A DNA stretch of 64,000 nucleotides from contig CANJQG010000002.1 of NCBI GenBank assembly GCA_947476405.1, positions 7,050-71,049 on the forward strand. Reading direction: 5' to 3'. Within the stretch, counting starts at the first letter, position 1; the number at the start of each line of letters is the position of its first letter. The translations under genes and the position numbers were made by a program. Shown in pieces: positions 60,605 to 64,000 of the stretch. Origin of the DNA: Thiotrichales bacterium (GTDB lineage Bacteria > Pseudomonadota > Gammaproteobacteria > Francisellales > CACEW01). The notes beneath the pieces were generated by a model. It was not told the DNA's origin and made no database searches. It saw nothing but the letters and a program-made list of their open reading frames with translations.

Positions 60605-61311
60605 CTTAACCCCTTCTGAAGTGCTACCAGCTCTTGACGTGTTAAACCTGTCGTTTCTGAAATCAGCTCATGCTCAAGTCCTTTCAGAAGCATGGATTTG
60701 GCAATCACCAGAATGCCTTGTTGCATGCCTTGCTGCATGCCCTGCTCCATCCCTTGTTGCACACCTCGCTGCATTCCTTCCTGCATTCCTCTTGCCACGA
60801 GGCGATCCGCTAAAGTCATCAAGTTCTCCCTATCCTGTGTCAGCAGGCAATATTGTGCAGCCTCCGTTAACTCGGCCTCTGTAATATGCACTGCATGTAT
60901 GAGGTATTCTAACACAGTGCTCCGTGACTTGTCATCCACTGTATGGATAATGCTCGCAAAAAATTGCAGCTTCAGGCTTTCTTTCCAGGGCTTTTTACCC
61001 TGATAATAAAGAATCGTCACAATCGTCGGCAGAATCATGATTGGATCAGACCCGGATTGATGCTCAGCATGAACCCAAAGCATAGCCCGCTTCCCATCCA
61101 AATGACAGAGATAAATCAAATCCGCTTCAAATTCCTTTTGGGTATTGGGTTCACGATGCCGAGCACCCATCTTATAAAAATCAATGGAGTTCCAATCAAT
61201 CCGCGTTAAAAGATCAACCGGCAAATAAGTCTTAAGAAAGGGTTCAAAAAACAACGCTCCTGCATCAATTGCTTGAAGTGAGCATCGTGGATGTTTTTCA
61301 TGGGACCACAA
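60598..61311 (-). pseudogene. Rpn/YhgA-like (PD-(D/E)XK, transposase_31 family) gene, probably eroded
   Basis: EADLIYLCHLDGKRAMLWVHAEHQS core, and a C-terminal QEGMQRGVQQGMEQGMQQGMQQG repeat typical of Rpn proteins. Only a TTG start is available. The spacing from EHQS to LPTIVTILYYQGKKPW is much shorter than I remember for the family. Confidence 0.5.
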
Positions 61312-61427
61312 TATGAATTAAAAAAAATCAGTATACATGGTATTCAGCCTGGCTGCAATACAGCCTTCTTAAGCAGAAAGATTTTAGATCTAGCAAAATG
61401 GATCAAAAATCACTGATAAATCTCAAC

Positions 61428-61525
61428 AGATAACGACGCCACGATTGCCCCGATCAGCGCGCTGAAATTCAAACAAAATCAGAAGCGTTCTCTAGAAATA
61501 GAGATGAAGGCTCAGGCCGAAATGA
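61428..61525 (+). pseudogene. Diverged duplicate of the tsaD 3-prime end (remnant)
   Basis: Ungapped hand alignment to 60463-60560 gives 82 of 98 identities. It encodes DNDATIAPISALKFKQNQKRSLEIEMKAQAEM versus tsa[33 protein letters not shown]. Confidence 0.65.
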
Positions 61526-61552
61526 CCCGAACCTTCATCGAGCATCAGTCTT

Positions 61553-62713
61553 CTAGGGCTGCCTTGGGATTGGGATTGGGCTTGAGCCTCCTCCAAATAA
61601 ATTAGCAAATGGCGTGACTGAAGCTGGAGCTGGAGCTGAAGCTGAAGCTGGAGCTGGAGCTGGAGCTGGAGCTGCACCCATACCTGTACCTGTACCTGTA
61701 CCTGTACCTGTACCTGCACCTGTACCTGTACCTGTACCTGTACCTGCACCTGTACCTGTACCTGTACCTGTACCTGCACCTGCACCTGCACCTGCACCTG
61801 CACCTGCACCTGAACCTACATATCTGCCATTATCAGTTCCCTTTTCCTCGCCAGCTCGAGCTGAAGCTGAAGAAGCTGAAGCTGAAGCTGGAACTGAAGC
61901 TGGAACTGAAGCTGCATCTGAAGCTGAAGCTGAAGAAGCTGCATCTGAAGCTGAAGAAGCTGCATCTGAAGCTGAAGAAGCTGCATCTGAAGCTGGAGCC
62001 TGGTTCCCCCGAGAGAAGACCCGACCAAAAAAGCGCTGAATCGAAGATGCAATTCCAGCAACAAAAGGCATAGCGACAACGCCTACCGCAGCAACCACTC
62101 CTCCAGCAGCAGCAGTCGTAGAGCCCACATAGGCTGTAAGACCATGAACAGCGTGTGCTGCCACATGCCATCCAGCTAAAGCACCGCCATGTGTCGCCAC
62201 TACAGCCACTGCAAATACAGCCACGACAAATACAACAGCGCACGCTGCAAAAAAGGTTTTAGTAGACCACCATTTGCGCCTAACATTTAGGGGTGAACCT
62301 ACATCTTTATTAATGTCATATAAAGTTTTTGTAACATTCTTCTTAACCCCATCTTTCGATACCATTTCATAGCTTGTTAGAATCGAAAAATTATCACGAA
62401 TTCTAGAAAAAAAACCTATATTTTTTTTATTTTTTTCTAAAAAAAAGTAAGGTTTGTAAAATTCAATTTTATTCAGAATCTCACTCTTCAAATCTTGAGA
62501 CAACGGGGATTCTCCACCCATCATTTCTTTGCGACCTTTGTGCAATTCACGCCTAACCTCAGAGACACTAAAGCCAGAATGAATCTTTCCAAAATATTTA
62601 GAAATAGCTAAATTTCCAGAATAGCAAGCTTTATTTAAAGCAGGACCCTGACCTTCAGGGGCAGAACCCTGAGAACTAAAAGAATTACGACTACTTTCTC
62701 CAGATAATGACAT
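61553..62713 (-). CDS. Repeat-rich hypothetical membrane protein (two hydrophobic segments, then AS-, GA-, GT- and AP-repeat tail)
   Basis: Longest ORF through the repeat region, with a non-repetitive N-terminal half. AGGGG lies upstream of ATG 62713. Hydrophobic segments are FFAACAVVFVVAVFAVAVVA and AAAGGVVAAVGVVAMPFVAGIA. Confidence 0.55.
   Translation of the reverse strand: MSLSGESSRNSFSSQGSAPEGQGPALNKACYSGNLAISKYFGKIHSGFSVSEVRRELHKGRKEMMGGESPLSQDLKSEILNKIEFYKPYFFLEKNKKNIGFFSRIRDNFSILTSYEMVSKDGVKKNVTKTLYDINKDVGSPLNVRRKWWSTKTFFAACAVVFVVAVFAVAVVATHGGALAGWHVAAHAVHGLTAYVGSTTAAAGGVVAAVGVVAMPFVAGIASSIQRFFGRVFSRGNQAPASDAASSASDAASSASDAASSASASDAASVPASVPASASASSASARAGEEKGTDNGRYVGSGAGAGAGAGAGAGTGTGTGTGAGTGTGTGTGAGTGTGTGTGTGMGAAPAPAPAPASASAPAPASVTPFANLFGGGSSPIPIPRQP
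61618..61995. repeat. In-frame micro/minisatellite arrays
   Basis: About 10 hexamers of ctgaag/ctggag at 61618-61677. 22 hexamers of tacctg/cacctg at 61681-61812. Three perfect 21-bp units gaagctgaagaagctgcatct at 61926-61988, plus degenerate copies from about 61858. Confidence 0.9.
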
Positions 62714-63121
62714 AATAACCCCTATCAATGATTTACAACTTAACAAATAATACCACACTAAAATAAATAAGTCAATAATTATTTATATTAAAGTAAATAT
62801 TCGATCTTTAAATATAAAAAAATACATTATCTTAAAGTCGTAAAGGTGGAGCTGGACTATGACTTTCTGACAAACTTCGGGGTTGAATGGGCGCTGTTAA
62901 AAAATATTTAATCAGGTCCTTTTTATGGGCGGGCTATTCTATTATTTTTTAATCCTGCATGCGTGAGGGCGGCCGAGGGCACTTCTGATGAGCCAAGACG
63001 GACTTTTTCATTCTGGAACAGTTATGGTACTTTTGTAAGCGCTTCACAAACAGGATCTACAAACTAAAGTCAGCGTAAGGCAAACTACTCAGATTGAGAT
63101 TTCCTGATTTAAGGCGAGGGA

Positions 63122-63547
63122 TTATTTAACCAACTTAAGATGCGAACGTGAGGGTTTAGAACTCGGCTTTGAAACTGATTTTTTAGATTCTGGCTCGGGA
63201 TCCACCGCATCTTCGCCTTCTTGAATCAACAAGGCAGTCGGGTGATCTGTCGTGAAGACGCCCTGTTCGCTTTCTTCTGCATAGATACCCTCAACAGCAG
63301 CAATGGGGAAATAAATATCCACCACACCCATTTCATCAAAACTGGCACTAAAGCTAATCCCGCTTTCATCGAAATGCATTTTGTCGATGGCATCAACTGA
63401 ACCATCCAAGACAATATGACCATCCTCGACAAATTCACGAGGAATGATCACGTTGGGATATTCTGCATTAATGAGAAAATACGGCGTCAAGCCTTCATCT
63501 AATAACCACTCATAGGTGGTTTTCAAAATGGGAAATCGAAGACGCAT
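63122..63547 (-). CDS. sspB: Stringent starvation protein B (ClpXP adaptor)
   Basis: YEWLLDEGLTPYFLINAEYPNVIIPREFVEDGHIVLD...ISFSASF plus an acidic linker and C-terminal LKLVK. Confidence 0.85.
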   Translation of the reverse strand: MRLRFPILKTTYEWLLDEGLTPYFLINAEYPNVIIPREFVEDGHIVLDGSVDAIDKMHFDESGISFSASFDEMGVVDIYFPIAAVEGIYAEESEQGVFTTDHPTALLIQEGEDAVDPEPESKKSVSKPSSKPSRSHLKLVK

Positions 63548-64000
63548 TAGGAATAATACCGTGGACGCATTTCACGCTCCGCATCTGACAAGCTGGCAAG
63601 AAACGCTTCACGCTTAAATAAACGATTGGCATAATCAATGATGGCCTTGGCTTCGACTTTCGGCAAGTCAACACCCAATGCCGGCAAACGCCACAATAAG
63701 GCAGCCAAACTGCAATCCACCAAGCTAAACTCTTCACTTAAAAAGAAGGCCGTTTCTGCAAAAACAGGGGCAACCGATAGAAGACTATCATAGAGTTCAC
63801 GACGTGCGACTTTTTGCTCGGACTCGGTGCCTTTGATGATTTTCATAGCCAGCGTATACCAATCACGATCAATACGCAGCATCATCAAACGGCTCCGCGC
63901 ACGGGAAACCGGATAAACTGGCATTAAGGGAGGATGCGGAAAGCGCTCTTCCAAATATTCTAAAATCACACTGGACTCATACAAAACCAGATCACGATCC
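63547..64000 (-). CDS. sspA: Stringent starvation protein A (GST-like), N-terminus lies outside the window
   Basis: DRDLVLYESSVILEYLEERFPHPPLMPVYPVSRA parallels E. coli SspA. The frame is open to the window edge. 1-nt overlap with the sspB start. Confidence 0.85.
   Translation of the reverse strand, partial: DRDLVLYESSVILEYLEERFPHPPLMPVYPVSRARSRLMMLRIDRDWYTLAMKIIKGTESEQKVARRELYDSLLSVAPVFAETAFFLSEEFSLVDCSLAALLWRLPALGVDLPKVEAKAIIDYANRLFKREAFLASLSDAEREMRPRYYS

Noticed and set aside
61618-61995. Possible CRISPR array
   Set aside because: The units are 6 bp and 21 bp, contiguous, with no unique spacers, and they lie in-frame inside a coding region. This is not CRISPR architecture.
61492-62243. 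Four additional long ORFs overlapping the repeat region: 61492..61809 (QV)n, 61614..62039 on the plus strand, 61816..62079 and 61833..62243
   Set aside because: They exist only because hexamer and 21-mer repeats lack stop codons in several frames. None extends into unique sequence the way the 61553..62713 ORF does, so they are treated as frame artefacts.
62985-62992. CUGAUGAG (hammerhead ribozyme core-like) in the sspB-downstream spacer
   Set aside because: No matching GAAA core or flanking helices I, II or III could be drawn. An 8-mer alone is expected by chance.

Overview
64-kb, gene-dense chromosomal segment (roughly 40-45% GC by eye, not computed). It looks like a Legionellales/Coxiellaceae-like intracellular gammaproteobacterium; that taxon call is an inference from gene content only. 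Housekeeping genes: glmS 3-prime end, lnt, orn, engB, two gltX paralogs, trhO, a NifS/IscS-like desulfurase, rlmM, cca, minC, ftsW, secA, asmA, tatD, catalase, tsaD, sspB/sspA. These are interleaved with four kinds of accessory content. (1) A compact Dot/Icm-type (type IVB) secretion operon, icmK-icmE-icmG-icmB-icmP-icmJ, with a translationally coupled HIT gene (9.6-17.9 kb). (2) Two eukaryotic-like candidate effectors, an OTU-motif cysteine protease (23.8-25.3 kb) and a Ser/Thr kinase (49.7-51.4 kb), plus several orphan secreted or membrane proteins. (3) Two surface-glycan loci: a PglC/PglF/PglE-like cassette at 2.7-6.9 kb, and a locus at 36.7-43.2 kb with a hydroxylase, GT2-GtrA fusion, acyltransferase, 2OG oxygenase, GT2 and O-antigen ligase. 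(4) Small accessory modules: a Phd/RelE pair; an AbiEii-like nucleotidyltransferase with a coupled downstream small ORF; a 498-bp element bounded by 58-bp inverted repeats that carries a nonsense-interrupted GIY-YIG gene; an eroded Rpn/YhgA-like gene bracketed by a diverged duplicate of the tsaD 3-prime end; an orphan kdpF-like mini-ORF; and a membrane-protein gene packed with in-frame 6-bp and 21-bp tandem repeats. Two tRNAs (Ser-UGA, Val-UAC) are present. I saw no rRNA and no CRISPR array. All functional calls rest on motifs read in the supplied translations and on remembered family signatures; no database search was run.
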